Numbered from the stretch's first letter, positions 1-9,162 are shown. The stretch: DNA of 32,000 nucleotides from Ruminococcus albus 7 = DSM 20455 (GCF_000179635.2 NC_014825.1:90001-122000), one strand, 5' to 3'. Notes: generated by a model not told the origin, from the letters alone. Numbers and translations are program-made.

Positions 1-1
1 C

Positions 2-400
2 GATAAGCTGGATTCCGATTTTGAGCAGACAGTTTCAGAAGCAAAGATCAGGACAGTTATCTTCGGTGACAGATTTCCTTTCAGATATCTTTGCGATGAT
101 TACGGACTTGACTACTATGCAGCTTTTGTTGGCTGCTCAGCTGAAACAGAAGCATCATTTGAAACAATAGCATTCCTTGCAGGCAAGACCGATGAACTGG
201 GTATAGATACTATATTCACCATTGAAAATTCCGACGGCAAGGTAGCTCAGGCTATAATAAACAGCACCGAGAAAAAGGGTATGACTACCGCGGTGCTGGA
301 TTCACTTCAGTCCGCAGACAAAACACAGATCGCGGACGGAGCAACATATATCTCCCTTATGGAGAAAAACTGTGAAACTTTAAGAACAGCACTGAGTTAA
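2..400 (+). CDS. Metal ABC transporter substrate-binding protein (ZnuA/AdcA/TroA type), C-terminal part; 5' end lies outside the window
   Basis: Frame-2 ORF is open from the window edge to TAA at 398-400. The translation (..VIFGDRFPFRYLCDDYGLDYYAAFVGCSAETEASFETIAFLAGKTDELGIDTIFTIENSDGKVAQ..) resembles the C-lobe of ZnuA-family binding proteins. It is directly followed by matching ATPase and permease genes. It is absent from the ORF track because no start codon lies in the window. Confidence 0.75.
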   Translation, partial: DKLDSDFEQTVSEAKIRTVIFGDRFPFRYLCDDYGLDYYAAFVGCSAETEASFETIAFLAGKTDELGIDTIFTIENSDGKVAQAIINSTEKKGMTTAVLDSLQSADKTQIADGATYISLMEKNCETLRTALS

Positions 401-471
401 AATACTAACAGTACAAAAAATGACCCTTGTCTGTAATATCGGCAAGGGTCTAATGATGACGGAGAATAATT

Positions 472-1191
472 ATGGGCAAGCTGATAGAATGTAAAAACTG
501 CACACTTGGATATGAGGGCGTACCCGTGACAGAAGGCATAAACTTTACTGTCAGCAGCGGTGATTACCTCTGTATACTGGGCGAAAACGGCTCAGGCAAA
601 AGCACACTGATAAAATCACTGCTGGGACTTAGACCCGTGATGAGCGGCAGTATAGATTGGCTTGAAGTCAAACACAGTGAGATAGGGTACCTTCCCCAGC
701 AGACCCTTGTTCAGAGGGATTTTCCTGCTTCGGTAAAAGAGATAATCGTGTCGGGCGCTATGACTAAAGGTAAATTTCGCCCCTTCTGTACAAAAGCAGA
801 CAAAGAACGTGCCATGAAAGCCATGGAAAGGCTTGGTATAACCGACCTGGAAAAGCACTGCTACCGCGAACTTTCAGGAGGTCAGCAGCAGAGAGTTCTT
901 CTGGCACGCGCACTTTGTGCAGCAGATAAGGTACTTCTTCTCGATGAGCCTGTGACAGGTCTTGATCCCAAGGCGCAGAACGATCTGTATGAACTGATAG
1001 CAAAGCTAAACGCAGGTGGTATGAGTATGATAATGGTATCCCACGATATACACGCAGCCGTGAGATATGCAAGCCACATCCTGCATATCGGCAGCAAAAA
1101 ACAGCTGTTTTTCGGCACCAAGGAAGATTATGTAAACAGTAAGCTCGGACAGAGCTTTATCAATTCGGAGGAGGCAGAGCACGATGACTGA
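472..1191 (+). CDS. Metal ABC transporter ATP-binding protein (ZnuC/AdcC-like)
   Basis: 239-aa ORF preceded by a GGAG RBS. Walker A GENGSGKST, ABC signature LSGGQQQR, Walker B LLLDEP, H-loop SHD. It sits between the binding-protein and permease genes. Zn versus Mn specificity cannot be decided from sequence. Confidence 0.9.
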   Translation: MGKLIECKNCTLGYEGVPVTEGINFTVSSGDYLCILGENGSGKSTLIKSLLGLRPVMSGSIDWLEVKHSEIGYLPQQTLVQRDFPASVKEIIVSGAMTKGKFRPFCTKADKERAMKAMERLGITDLEKHCYRELSGGQQQRVLLARALCAADKVLLLDEPVTGLDPKAQNDLYELIAKLNAGGMSMIMVSHDIHAAVRYASHILHIGSKKQLFFGTKEDYVNSKLGQSFINSEEAEHDD

Positions 1192-2086
1192 GATGATCGA
1201 CACCCTGCAAAAATACTTTCAGTTTGAATTTGTCAGGTACGCCCTCATCGTCGGACTGCTGATAGCGCTGTGTTCTTCATTGTTGGGCGTGACCCTTGTA
1301 CTGAAACGTTTCTCGTTCATAGGCGACGGTCTGTCCCACGTAGCATTCGGGGCTATGTCTGTTTCAACAGTATTGTCCGTGACCCTGAAACAGGCTTCCC
1401 ACGGCGAGAGTGCATTTGCCAAATTTCTGCAGGATACCAACGGCATGGTGATAATACTACCCGTGACCCTGCTGGCGGCTGTGCTGCTGCTGCGAACAGG
1501 TCAGAACACAAAGATCAAAGGCGATGCCGCAATAGCCATGATATCCGTCAGCTCCCTGGCACTGGGATATATGCTGATGAACAGATTTCCGGGCTCTGCA
1601 AATGTGACCGGGGATGTATGCTCAACGCTTTTCGGCTCAACATCCATACTCACGCTAACAGGCGGCAAGGTACTGCTCTCTGCCATACTGGCAGCCGTAG
1701 TTCTCGCTGTATTCATAATATTCTATAACCGTATATTCTCCGTCACCTTTGACGAAAGCTTCGCCAAGGCAAGCGGTGTAAGATCTGACGGCTACAATCT
1801 GCTCATAGCAGTTATAACAGCTATGATAATAGTGCTCGCGATGAACCTCGTCGGTTCGCTGCTGATATCAGCATTGATAATCTTCCCCGCGCTTTCAGCC
1901 ATGAGGCTTTTCAAAAGCTTCAAAAGCGTGGTGATATGCTCAGCCGTGATATCAGTGATATGTGCAGGAGTCGGAATCATAGTTTCCATACTTTTCTCTA
2001 CTCCTGTGGGTTCAACGATAGTAACAGCGGATATAGCGGTATTCCTGATATTCAGCTTTATCGCAGCCATTACAAAACGCAATTGA
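1184..2086 (+). CDS. Metal ABC transporter permease (ZnuB/AdcB-like)
   Basis: 300-aa very hydrophobic multi-pass ORF. Its start at 1184 overlaps the ATPase stop at 1191, suggesting translational coupling. Operon context supports the call. Confidence 0.85.
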   Translation: MTEMIDTLQKYFQFEFVRYALIVGLLIALCSSLLGVTLVLKRFSFIGDGLSHVAFGAMSVSTVLSVTLKQASHGESAFAKFLQDTNGMVIILPVTLLAAVLLLRTGQNTKIKGDAAIAMISVSSLALGYMLMNRFPGSANVTGDVCSTLFGSTSILTLTGGKVLLSAILAAVVLAVFIIFYNRIFSVTFDESFAKASGVRSDGYNLLIAVITAMIIVLAMNLVGSLLISALIIFPALSAMRLFKSFKSVVICSAVISVICAGVGIIVSILFSTPVGSTIVTADIAVFLIFSFIAAITKRN

Positions 2087-2103
2087 TACCGGAGGGACTA
2101 TAC

Positions 2104-2691
2104 TTGAAAAAAACAGCATTGATACTTATCGCAGCTTTGATGCTGACAGGCTGCGGAGATACTTCCAATGTCGATAAGATCATAGAAGAAAAAGAAAAAT
2201 CAAAAGAAACAGAAGTTTCACTTTCCCCTGCTGACGAGGTAATAGCAGCCGAAGCAGAAAAAGCAGTAAGCAGACAGCAGGAGATGTTAACAACATCTCA
2301 GCCGCCGACGGCTTTTATTCCCGATGAAAACGAACTGAAAAACGGAGATATCGACCTGGATCTCACAGAGCTGAATGCTAATATGCTATATGCTGAGGTA
2401 TTCCAGATCACAGGCGATCCTGAAAAATATCAGGGCAAGACCATACGTACAAGCGGTACCTTCAACTATATGATGGATGACGGCACTGAGTATTTTGCCG
2501 TATTCATGGCAGATGCAGCCGCCTGCTGCCAGCAGGGTCTTGAATTCCGCACCGCCGACGACCTCAAATACCCCGATGACTACCCCGAAATAGGAACTCC
2601 CATTGTAGTAACAGGCACATTCAACAGCTACCAAGAAGGCGTATACACTTACTGCGAAATAAAAGACGCAACATTTGAATTAGCAGAATAA
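2104..2691 (+). CDS. Putative lipoprotein encoded at the end of the metal-transporter operon
   Basis: In-frame TTG at 2104 gives LKKTALILIAALMLTGCGD, a signal peptide plus lipobox. The track start at 1936 would overlap the permease gene by about 150 nt. An acidic linker is followed by a C-terminal domain carrying an adjacent Cys pair (AACCQQG). Confidence 0.6.
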   Translation: MKKTALILIAALMLTGCGDTSNVDKIIEEKEKSKETEVSLSPADEVIAAEAEKAVSRQQEMLTTSQPPTAFIPDENELKNGDIDLDLTELNANMLYAEVFQITGDPEKYQGKTIRTSGTFNYMMDDGTEYFAVFMADAAACCQQGLEFRTADDLKYPDDYPEIGTPIVVTGTFNSYQEGVYTYCEIKDATFELAE

Positions 2692-2697
2692 TAAAAA

Positions 2698-2731
2698 GAA
2701 AAGGTATCCTCGTGGACACCTTTTCTTTTTT
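2698..2731 (+). terminator. Rho-independent terminator of the metal-transporter operon
   Basis: GAAAAGGT (2698-2705) pairs with ACCTTTTC (2718-2725) and is followed by a T-run, 7 nt after the TAA stop. Confidence 0.7.
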
Positions 2732-2733
2732 GT

Positions 2734-2759
2734 AAAAAAAAGCCCCCAGTATTCCGGGG
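2734..2759 (-). terminator. Probable terminator of the dockerin gene
   Basis: On the minus strand, CCCCGG-AATA-CTGGGG (6 bp including one G-U pair) is followed by GC and T8. It lies about 25 nt downstream of the stop at 2786. Confidence 0.45.
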
Positions 2760-2785
2760 ACTAATTAACTAAATTAAAAACAGAT

Positions 2786-3151
2786 TTAACCGTTACCTTT
2801 CACCTTAACTGAAAGCAAACTCAGATCTGTGATATTTACAAAACCATCACTGTTGATATCAGCAGCATCAGTGTCAATGATTTTATCTCCTTTGATGTGT
2901 GCAGCTAAAGCAGCAACATCAACTACATTGATCACATTATCTCCATTGATATCGCCCTTCTCGGAAACCTCAGCAACAAATACGGCTCTCTCTGTTTCCT
3001 CAACGAGTTCAGGCTTAACTTCTACGACTGTTGAACAAACCCGCGCATCCTCATCAGTAAGTACAGGCGCAGCATATGCAGATACAACAGCAGAACCCAT
3101 GCAAACAACAGCGCTCATAATACCTGCGATCTTCTTAACAAAACCGTTCAT
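2786..3151 (-). CDS. Small secreted dockerin-domain protein
   Basis: N-terminal signal peptide (MNGFVKKIAGIMSAVVCMGSAVVSAYA). Two calcium-binding dockerin repeats (GDINGDNVINVVDVAALAAHI and ADINSDGFVNITDLSLLSV). GGAGG RBS upstream. Confidence 0.85.
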   Translation of the reverse strand: MNGFVKKIAGIMSAVVCMGSAVVSAYAAPVLTDEDARVCSTVVEVKPELVEETERAVFVAEVSEKGDINGDNVINVVDVAALAAHIKGDKIIDTDAADINSDGFVNITDLSLLSVKVKGNG

Positions 3152-3511
3152 TCCGCATACCTCCGTTCAATATCCACCCTAGTCATTAATTTATTTAACT
3201 AAAGAATGTTTCAAAAAAACCGTACCGCTTTTTCTACCGATACGTCTCTTTTATTTGTTATCTGTATAATAGCACAATCCAACAAGAATGTCAACAGTTT
3301 GGTTTATACTTTGTATCAATTTACATAGGATGACAGATATTAACCGACATTCATTGTACATTTCGTAAATTCGATTGATTTCGGGGAATTTGGATATATA
3401 TGTAAACACAGACAATATTCAGTAAATCATTTAACTCCACTGTTTTTCATCGCTGTATGATAATAAATGAACAAACCAAAAACAGATGACCTATTTGCCT
3501 GTCATAAACAA

Positions 3512-3539
3512 GACCACTTCCAATCATACAGAAGTGGTC
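3512..3539 (-). terminator. Terminator of the cyclase-family gene
   Basis: GACCACTTC (3512-3520) pairs with GAAGTGGTC (3531-3539), 9 bp. It lies immediately downstream of the stop at 3545 on the minus strand and is followed by TTGTTT. Confidence 0.55.
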
Positions 3540-3544
3540 ACGCC

Positions 3545-4129
3545 TCAGATTTCCATGATATACGCCCTGCAGGGAGCACCGTCGCTTCCGCCAAGACAAA
3601 GTGGTGCAGCACTGAGAAAGTACTCTCCTTCTGCCACTCCCTCAAGTCTTATACCCTCAAGAAGTATGACCTCAGCGCCAAGAAGTATTAGATGGACCTC
3701 CATAGGCGCATCCTCCGGCCCAACGGTCTGGCTCTCATTACCGATAAGCTTCAACCCAGCCTCTGCAAATACCCTTGCAGCATCAGCAGTCACCGTACAT
3801 CTTCCGCCGATCAGCAGACGCTCACAGCAGCCCGATCTTTTCAACATCGTTTTCGCATCATCAGCCGTAACATCACCCTCATGACGACATACAAAGCATT
3901 TACCAACAAAGCATTCAAGCGGCATCTCGTCGATCTTGCGTCCATAATTGATAAAATGATACGGTGCATCTACATGAGTACCGTTGTGAGCGCACATAGA
4001 TATCTCCGTAAGATTACACACATCCCCATTATCTATACTCATCGGTGTTTTTCTTATCGGCTGAGGATCTCCCGGGAAAACACTGCATCCAAATACCTCC
4101 TGGGAAATATCGATTATTCTCTTTCTCAT
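3545..4129 (-). CDS. Cyclase-family protein (arylformamidase / kynurenine formamidase-like)
   Basis: 194-aa ORF with an AGGAGG RBS. It contains the family hallmark HNGTHVDAPYHF (HxGTHxDxPxH). Confidence 0.85.
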   Translation of the reverse strand: MRKRIIDISQEVFGCSVFPGDPQPIRKTPMSIDNGDVCNLTEISMCAHNGTHVDAPYHFINYGRKIDEMPLECFVGKCFVCRHEGDVTADDAKTMLKRSGCCERLLIGGRCTVTADAARVFAEAGLKLIGNESQTVGPEDAPMEVHLILLGAEVILLEGIRLEGVAEGEYFLSAAPLCLGGSDGAPCRAYIMEI

Positions 4130-4787
4130 AATGACCTCCTGTTATACGATCTATTGACCGGATGCATATCCGGCACCGTTTACCATATTCTGACAGCATT
4201 TTTTACACACCTAAAGCTAAAAATCGTTTTAGCGGAACATCCCTTTATGCATAATACACCGGATTAATAATTTTCACAGTCCTTGTTTATACAACATTCA
4301 CATTTAGTATAATCTAAATTCATATTGCACTGCCAAATCTCATCAAAAATCGTATTTCCATTATTTTCCACCTAATTTTACAGAGAACGGTTAAGATGCC
4401 ACGAAATAATAAAATGCTTTGTGCAAATCGCACATTGATTTAAATTGCATTATTAAGAGCGTAATTAATTGTCATATTTCACGATATAATCTCTTAATAT
4501 TTGTATCATAAGACCCTTCCGAATCAATAATTACCATAATTTTCTACTACTTTTTAACCGAAAAGGTTAACGACTGTTTCAATTTACAAATGCTTTGTGC
4601 ATTTTGTATAGGCTTAATATATTCCAACATCCTATGAAAATTATTTTTAAACTGAGTATAATATAAAATTCACAATTTTCAGCCAACTGATTATGACCGT
4701 TATTTTGTATTGGAAAAATTATATACGATTAAGAAAGATTTGTCAAGAAAAAAATTTTTCATAACTCCGCAAAATTAAAAAAATCTA

Positions 4788-4816
4788 TTGACGTATAACC
4801 ATTTTACTGATATAAT
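4788..4816 (+). promoter_or_regulatory. Sigma-A type promoter for the LRR gene
   Basis: TTGACG (4788-4793), a 17-nt spacer, then TATAAT (4811-4816). It lies about 80 nt upstream of the ATG at 4897. Confidence 0.6.
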
Positions 4817-4896
4817 TATATTAAGAATAAGTAATTTGCTGCAGATCCCATGTTTATTTACATTCGGGATCATAGTTTTATAAGGAGATGCGCTCG

Positions 4897-6654
4897 ATGG
4901 CTAATGAGAATTTTACTATACTTGATGGACAGCTTATATCATACAGTGGCCACGAAAGATCGGTGATCGTGCCTGAAGGAGTAAAAGTCATCAAAGAAGG
5001 TGCTTTCCTTGGATGCGTTCATATTGAGGAAGTTACCCTCCCCGAGGGTGTCATCACCATCAAGCCGAAAGCTTTTTGGGGATGTGTAGGTCTTAAACAT
5101 ATAAAACTGCCTTCCACGCTCTGCACCATTGAATTTTGTGCATTTCGTGAATGCGAATCTCTTGAAGAAATAGATGTCCCTGAGGGCGTGTTCTTTCTTG
5201 GTGACTCGGTATTCCAGGGCTGTGAAATGCTTCAGAGGGCTTATCTGCCTGATTCACTTACAGGTCTTGGCGCAAGTACTTTCTGTGATTGTCTGCATCT
5301 TACAGATGTTCACCTGCCCAAGAAGATCGACACTATCAGTACAGGATTCTTCCGCAACTGCGTTAATCTCAGACGTATCGAGATACCCGAAAATATAAAG
5401 GCACTGGAAGAAAATGCCTTCTTCGGCTGCACTGCACTTGAGGATATAAATCTCCCGAAAGATCTCCTAAGCATCGGCAATAGCTGCTTTGAGGGGTGCC
5501 GCAAGCTTATTAAGATCAGTGTTCCCGACACTATCGAGAGTATAGGTATCAATGCATTCAACAAGACCGGACTGATGATATTCTGCTTCTCCGACTTTCT
5601 TGTACTTGGCGGTATACTGGTAAGATATATGGGCAAGGACGATACTGCCGTTGTCCCCGACGGAGTCCGCTTCATAGGAGATCACGCATTTGCCTGCTGT
5701 GAAGAACTTAAAAACGTTGTTATACCTGCATCCGTTACAGATATACATGATTATGCATTTGAACATTGCAGCATACTTGAAAGCGTCACTCTGCCTGCAG
5801 GTCTTAAAAGCCTTGGCACAGGTGTGTTCATGGATTGTACTGCCCTCAAAAAGCTCAGGCTGCCGCCTGCATTAAACCGCATAGGTTCAAAGCTGTTAAA
5901 CAACACCGCGCTTGAAAAGTCCAATAATTCAGACACAATGATATTGGAGGGCAAGTATCTCATCACTTACACAGGCTCAGCTGACAAGTTCTTAGTTCCC
6001 GACGGCATTCAGGTCATAGCAGATGAAGCATTTGTTCAGTGCGGCGGTGTAAAGGAGATAACTTTCCCTTATGGTCTGCGCACCATCGGCAGCGGTGCGT
6101 TCCGCTGGAGGAATGAGCTGAAAAAAATAAGCATACCATCCACCGTTACTTATATAGGCGATAATGCTTTTGTCAACTGTAACGAGCCGGAAATAACTAT
6201 CATGAATCCCAAGGGCACACTTTGTGAAAACGGATTCCCTGATGGTTCACTGCTGACTTTCGTTGTCGGCAGCCACGTACTTAAAATACGTCTTGTATGG
6301 GAAGTCAAAGCAGGCGATTGTCCCGAAAGGCGGCTCTGGAACTTTGTATGTTCAAGAACGAAGGAAGCATTTGAAGACCTTCAATGGTCTGATTATGCCC
6401 TTCCCTGTGCTTTATGCTTCTATGAAACAGACAGCTGGTACAAAGATTACGTCACCGAGAATATCGTCGATGCTGTATGCTTTGCCGCAGAAGAAGGCGA
6501 TTATGCCCTTGAACGCGTCCTTTCATTCGGACTCTTATCAAAAGACCAGCTCCAGGACTGCATAAACTATGCTATCGAACACAAGCTGACACAGCAGCAG
6601 ATGATACTCCTCCGCTACCGTCAGGAGAATTTCGGCGGCGAAGGATCTGTCTGA
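4897..6654 (+). CDS. BspA-type leucine-rich-repeat (LRR_5-like) protein with a non-LRR C-terminal region and no signal peptide
   Basis: Many iterations of the roughly 23-aa pattern (I.IP.GV..Ig..AF.gC..L..i.lP). AAGGAG at 4882-4887 abuts the track ATG at 4888 with no spacer. ATG at 4897 (MANENF..) has 9-nt spacing and is the likelier start. Confidence 0.85.
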   Translation: MANENFTILDGQLISYSGHERSVIVPEGVKVIKEGAFLGCVHIEEVTLPEGVITIKPKAFWGCVGLKHIKLPSTLCTIEFCAFRECESLEEIDVPEGVFFLGDSVFQGCEMLQRAYLPDSLTGLGASTFCDCLHLTDVHLPKKIDTISTGFFRNCVNLRRIEIPENIKALEENAFFGCTALEDINLPKDLLSIGNSCFEGCRKLIKISVPDTIESIGINAFNKTGLMIFCFSDFLVLGGILVRYMGKDDTAVVPDGVRFIGDHAFACCEELKNVVIPASVTDIHDYAFEHCSILESVTLPAGLKSLGTGVFMDCTALKKLRLPPALNRIGSKLLNNTALEKSNNSDTMILEGKYLITYTGSADKFLVPDGIQVIADEAFVQCGGVKEITFPYGLRTIGSGAFRWRNELKKISIPSTVTYIGDNAFVNCNEPEITIMNPKGTLCENGFPDGSLLTFVVGSHVLKIRLVWEVKAGDCPERRLWNFVCSRTKEAFEDLQWSDYALPCALCFYETDSWYKDYVTENIVDAVCFAAEEGDYALERVLSFGLLSKDQLQDCINYAIEHKLTQQQMILLRYRQENFGGEGSV

Positions 6655-6812
6655 ACTTTATCAGATAACAGTCAAGTCGTTTATCAATGACAAACCTATC
6701 AGAACCAATAAAGAATTTAAGAGATCGCGGCATCACTTCCGCGATCTCTGTATTTATGGCAATATGATCCACAGTGATCATCTCAAAAAATCGCACATAC
6801 CTATGATCAAAA

Positions 6813-6848
6813 ACGGAGGATAACCTTTCTTAAAAAGGTATCCTCCGT
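6813..6848. terminator. Shared hairpin between the convergent LRR and alarmone-synthetase genes
   Basis: ACGGAGGATAACC (6813-6825) pairs with GGTATCCTCCGT (6837-6848), 12 bp with one bulge. The flanking A-run at 6808-6812 gives a U-tract only for the minus-strand transcript. Confidence 0.5.
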
Positions 6849-6891
6849 TAGTTATATGCACCAGCCATCGGGTGAACACGTTGATCATTAC

Positions 6892-7683
6892 TCAGTATAT
6901 AGGCACATCAAAATTCTTTATCTTCTCAAAGAGTATATCTTCCTCCGAGGGTATATCCGCCGCCATCTCTATCTCGCTGCGAATACTCAGCATCTCGCGG
7001 TCTGTCTTTGATATGACCTCAGCACAGTCACGCAGCCTGTCAACGATCTCCTGCTCGTTCTCCACCGCCTGCTTGTATTTCAGCTGATGTTCAAGACTTG
7101 CCCAGAAATCCATAGCGATAGTCCTTATCTGTACCTCTACCCGCATATCGCGTTTTTCCTCAGCAAAAAATACAGGCACGCTGACTATCAGGTGCAGACT
7201 GCGGTAGCCGTTGGGCTTAGGTGAAGCTATGTAATCCTTGCGGGCGATCAGTGTGATATCATCCTGCTGGATCAGCGCATCTGCTATGGAGTAAATATCA
7301 TCTATGTATGCGCATATCACCCTTACTCCCGCCACATCGCTAAGGTTGTTCTCGATGTTCTCGGGTGTCATGGCAAGACCCTTTCTCTGCAGCTTTTCAG
7401 CGATGCTGGAAGTCCTTTTCAGACGTGTGCTTATGAATTCGATAGGGTTGCGTCTGTAACGCACATTGAACTCCGTGTTCAGCACATCGAACTTCGTCTT
7501 GACCTCCTTTATGGCGCAGGTGTACATCATCATAAGCTCCTTGTATTCCACCATAGTGCCAATGATCTGCTTTGTCTGAGAGTATACCATCCTCACTTCA
7601 TCGTTGCTTAGTGCAGGCAGCTCCAGATCAGGTGAATTCATCACCTCGCTGAAAATATCATCAAATCTCTGCTCACCGCTCAT
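6892..7683 (-). CDS. Small alarmone synthetase (RelQ/RelP-type GTP pyrophosphokinase, RelA_SpoT domain)
   Basis: 263-aa ORF with an AGGAGG RBS. Synthetase-domain motifs are GVRVICAYIDDIY, YRSLHLIVSVPV and VEVQIRTIAMDFWASLEHQLKYK. No hydrolase or regulatory domains are present. Confidence 0.9.
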   Translation of the reverse strand: MSGEQRFDDIFSEVMNSPDLELPALSNDEVRMVYSQTKQIIGTMVEYKELMMMYTCAIKEVKTKFDVLNTEFNVRYRRNPIEFISTRLKRTSSIAEKLQRKGLAMTPENIENNLSDVAGVRVICAYIDDIYSIADALIQQDDITLIARKDYIASPKPNGYRSLHLIVSVPVFFAEEKRDMRVEVQIRTIAMDFWASLEHQLKYKQAVENEQEIVDRLRDCAEVISKTDREMLSIRSEIEMAADIPSEEDILFEKIKNFDVPIY

Positions 7684-7789
7684 AACCGACCTCCTGTTCC
7701 CGCGTTGCGCCGCGACTGTTATTATACAATATACTATATATATAGGTAAACAAGACGTTGTTTTTCTGAATTATCTGTGAAAATACGCC

Positions 7790-8590
7790 TCACTGCTCTA
7801 CCCCGAAAAACCTTGCGACCTGTCCATTGAACTCCGCCTGCTCATAAGCCCCGTGACCGTAACCATCCGTCATATAAAGCTCACAGCCCAGCTTTTCAGC
7901 TATCTCCTCAGAAGCCTCAGGCGATACTATCCTGTCCTGCCTGTCACCTATAACCAGCACAGGACATTTTATCTCATTCAGCCTGTCATAGGTATCGCAG
8001 GTCATACAAGCCTTTGTCATACGAATAAAGCTCTCAGCGTCCTTGGGTCTTCCTGCTTTTACCAGCGCAGGCATTATCAGCCTGAATTTTTCAAGCCGTT
8101 CAGGGGGATAATTATACTTCATCGTACTCAGCACCAGCCCGTCAAGATCACCCTTTTCAGCCAGACCCAGCCATTCATCCACCGCCGTACTTACCACCCT
8201 GTTGTTCCGTGACAGCGTCACCCCCAGCACCAGCCTTTCGACCAGCTCAGGATGTTTGATAGCAAGATACTGCGCCGCCATGCCGCCCTGAGATACTCCC
8301 AGCACATAAGCCTTTTTAAGCCCCAGCGCATTCATAGCCGCAGCCACCTCATCACCGATATCCTCAGCAGTGTAGCCCTCTGGGATATTCTTTCTCCTGT
8401 CAAAAATATACACCCTGAATTTTTTTGCGAACTGTCTGTACATGACCGCCAGTGTGAATCCCGTACCCTTCACCCGTTTCAGTGAAAGTCCGGGTATCAT
8501 CACCATGATATCTTCCCCACTGCCGAATGAAGCGTAGTCAATAGACATCCCGCCGATCTCCAGAGTATCTTCCTTTACATTATAAAGCAT
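7790..8590 (-). CDS. Alpha/beta-fold hydrolase
   Basis: Nucleophile elbow GVSQGG (GxSxG) and C-terminal GHGAY. The start is taken at ATG 8590 (MLYNVKED..) because AAGGAGAAGG sits just upstream. The longer track ORF (to 8671) would run into the hairpin at 8677-8695. Confidence 0.8.
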   Translation of the reverse strand: MLYNVKEDTLEIGGMSIDYASFGSGEDIMVMIPGLSLKRVKGTGFTLAVMYRQFAKKFRVYIFDRRKNIPEGYTAEDIGDEVAAAMNALGLKKAYVLGVSQGGMAAQYLAIKHPELVERLVLGVTLSRNNRVVSTAVDEWLGLAEKGDLDGLVLSTMKYNYPPERLEKFRLIMPALVKAGRPKDAESFIRMTKACMTCDTYDRLNEIKCPVLVIGDRQDRIVSPEASEEIAEKLGCELYMTDGYGHGAYEQAEFNGQVARFFGVEQ

Positions 8591-8668
8591 TGTCCTTCTC
8601 CTTATCTTTCGGGTATTACCGTGGCACCGTTCTGTATATCTCACCGCGGAGCCCGTATATGACCTGTA

Positions 8669-8695
8669 CAAAAAAAGCTGCCTGAAAAAGGCAGC
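8669..8695 (-). terminator. Terminator downstream of the small membrane-peptide ORF
   Basis: GCTGCCT (8677-8683) pairs with AGGCAGC (8689-8695) and is followed on the minus strand by T6. Confidence 0.6.
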
Positions 8696-8702
8696 CGAAG
8701 AT

Positions 8703-8828
8703 TCACCGTTCTACGGAATAATACTTATTCAGCTTAGTCTTGAATATCTCCGTAACCACATCAGCAGTCACTATCGCCGCAACGACCGATACGAAAACAA
8801 TGATAAAAACTTTAAGACCCTTACTCAT
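8703..8828 (-). CDS. Hypothetical 41-aa single-pass membrane peptide (below the ORF-track cut-off)
   Basis: My hand translation gives ATG at 8828 preceded by GGAAGGCGGAG, then MSKGLKVFIIVFVSVVAAIVTADVVTEIFKTKLNKYYSVER, with the stop at 8703-8705. A hairpin terminator follows directly. Confidence 0.45.
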   Translation of the reverse strand: MSKGLKVFIIVFVSVVAAIVTADVVTEIFKTKLNKYYSVER

Positions 8829-8935
8829 AATGCTCCGCCTTCCTTTCTTTAGTCTGCGTTACAATCTTACTGCTACAAACATTATACACTATTTTTAACA
8901 GAATTTCAAGTACCTTTACCAATTTTATTGATCAC

Positions 8936-8974
8936 AAAAAATCATCCCTCTCCCGCATTTAGCAAGAGAGGGAT
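8936..8974 (-). terminator. Terminator downstream of the YAWFT-motif protein gene
   Basis: ATCCCTCTC (8944-8952) pairs with GAGAGGGAT (8966-8974), 9 bp, followed on the minus strand by GA and T6. Confidence 0.5.
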
Positions 8975-9162
8975 AATTATTAGCAAGATCGTTGTGCATT
9001 ATATAGTAGAGTTATTTGTAACTTATTAAATATCAGATTCGATCTATCCTATCATGGATCAGTTTTGTTCAGGGTTTTAGGTTGATGAATTATTCAGCAT
9101 CTCTTTCCGTTTTTTTTGGAAAGACGGGCTTATGTTTATCTTGTAAAACAATAAACTGAGAA

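Noticed and set aside
422-450. Hairpin GACCCTTG/CAAGGGTC between the binding-protein and ATPase genes, considered as an internal terminator
   Set aside because: No U-tract follows on the plus strand. The T-tract exists only for the minus strand, where no gene ends. It may merely stabilise or process the mRNA.
3692-4267. 191-aa ORF on the plus strand (and 3486-3884)
   Set aside because: They are antisense to the cyclase-family gene, which carries the HxGTHxDxPxH hallmark. Their translations are Ser/Arg-rich and featureless.
7790-8671. Longer start choices from the ORF track (8671 for the hydrolase, 1936 for the lipoprotein, 4888 for the LRR gene, 13559 for istB, 14991 for istA, 20110 for the thioesterase, 18262 for the GNAT)
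   Set aside because: In each case a downstream start has a properly spaced Shine-Dalgarno sequence. The longer form overlaps a neighbouring gene or terminator, or has no spacer to the RBS.
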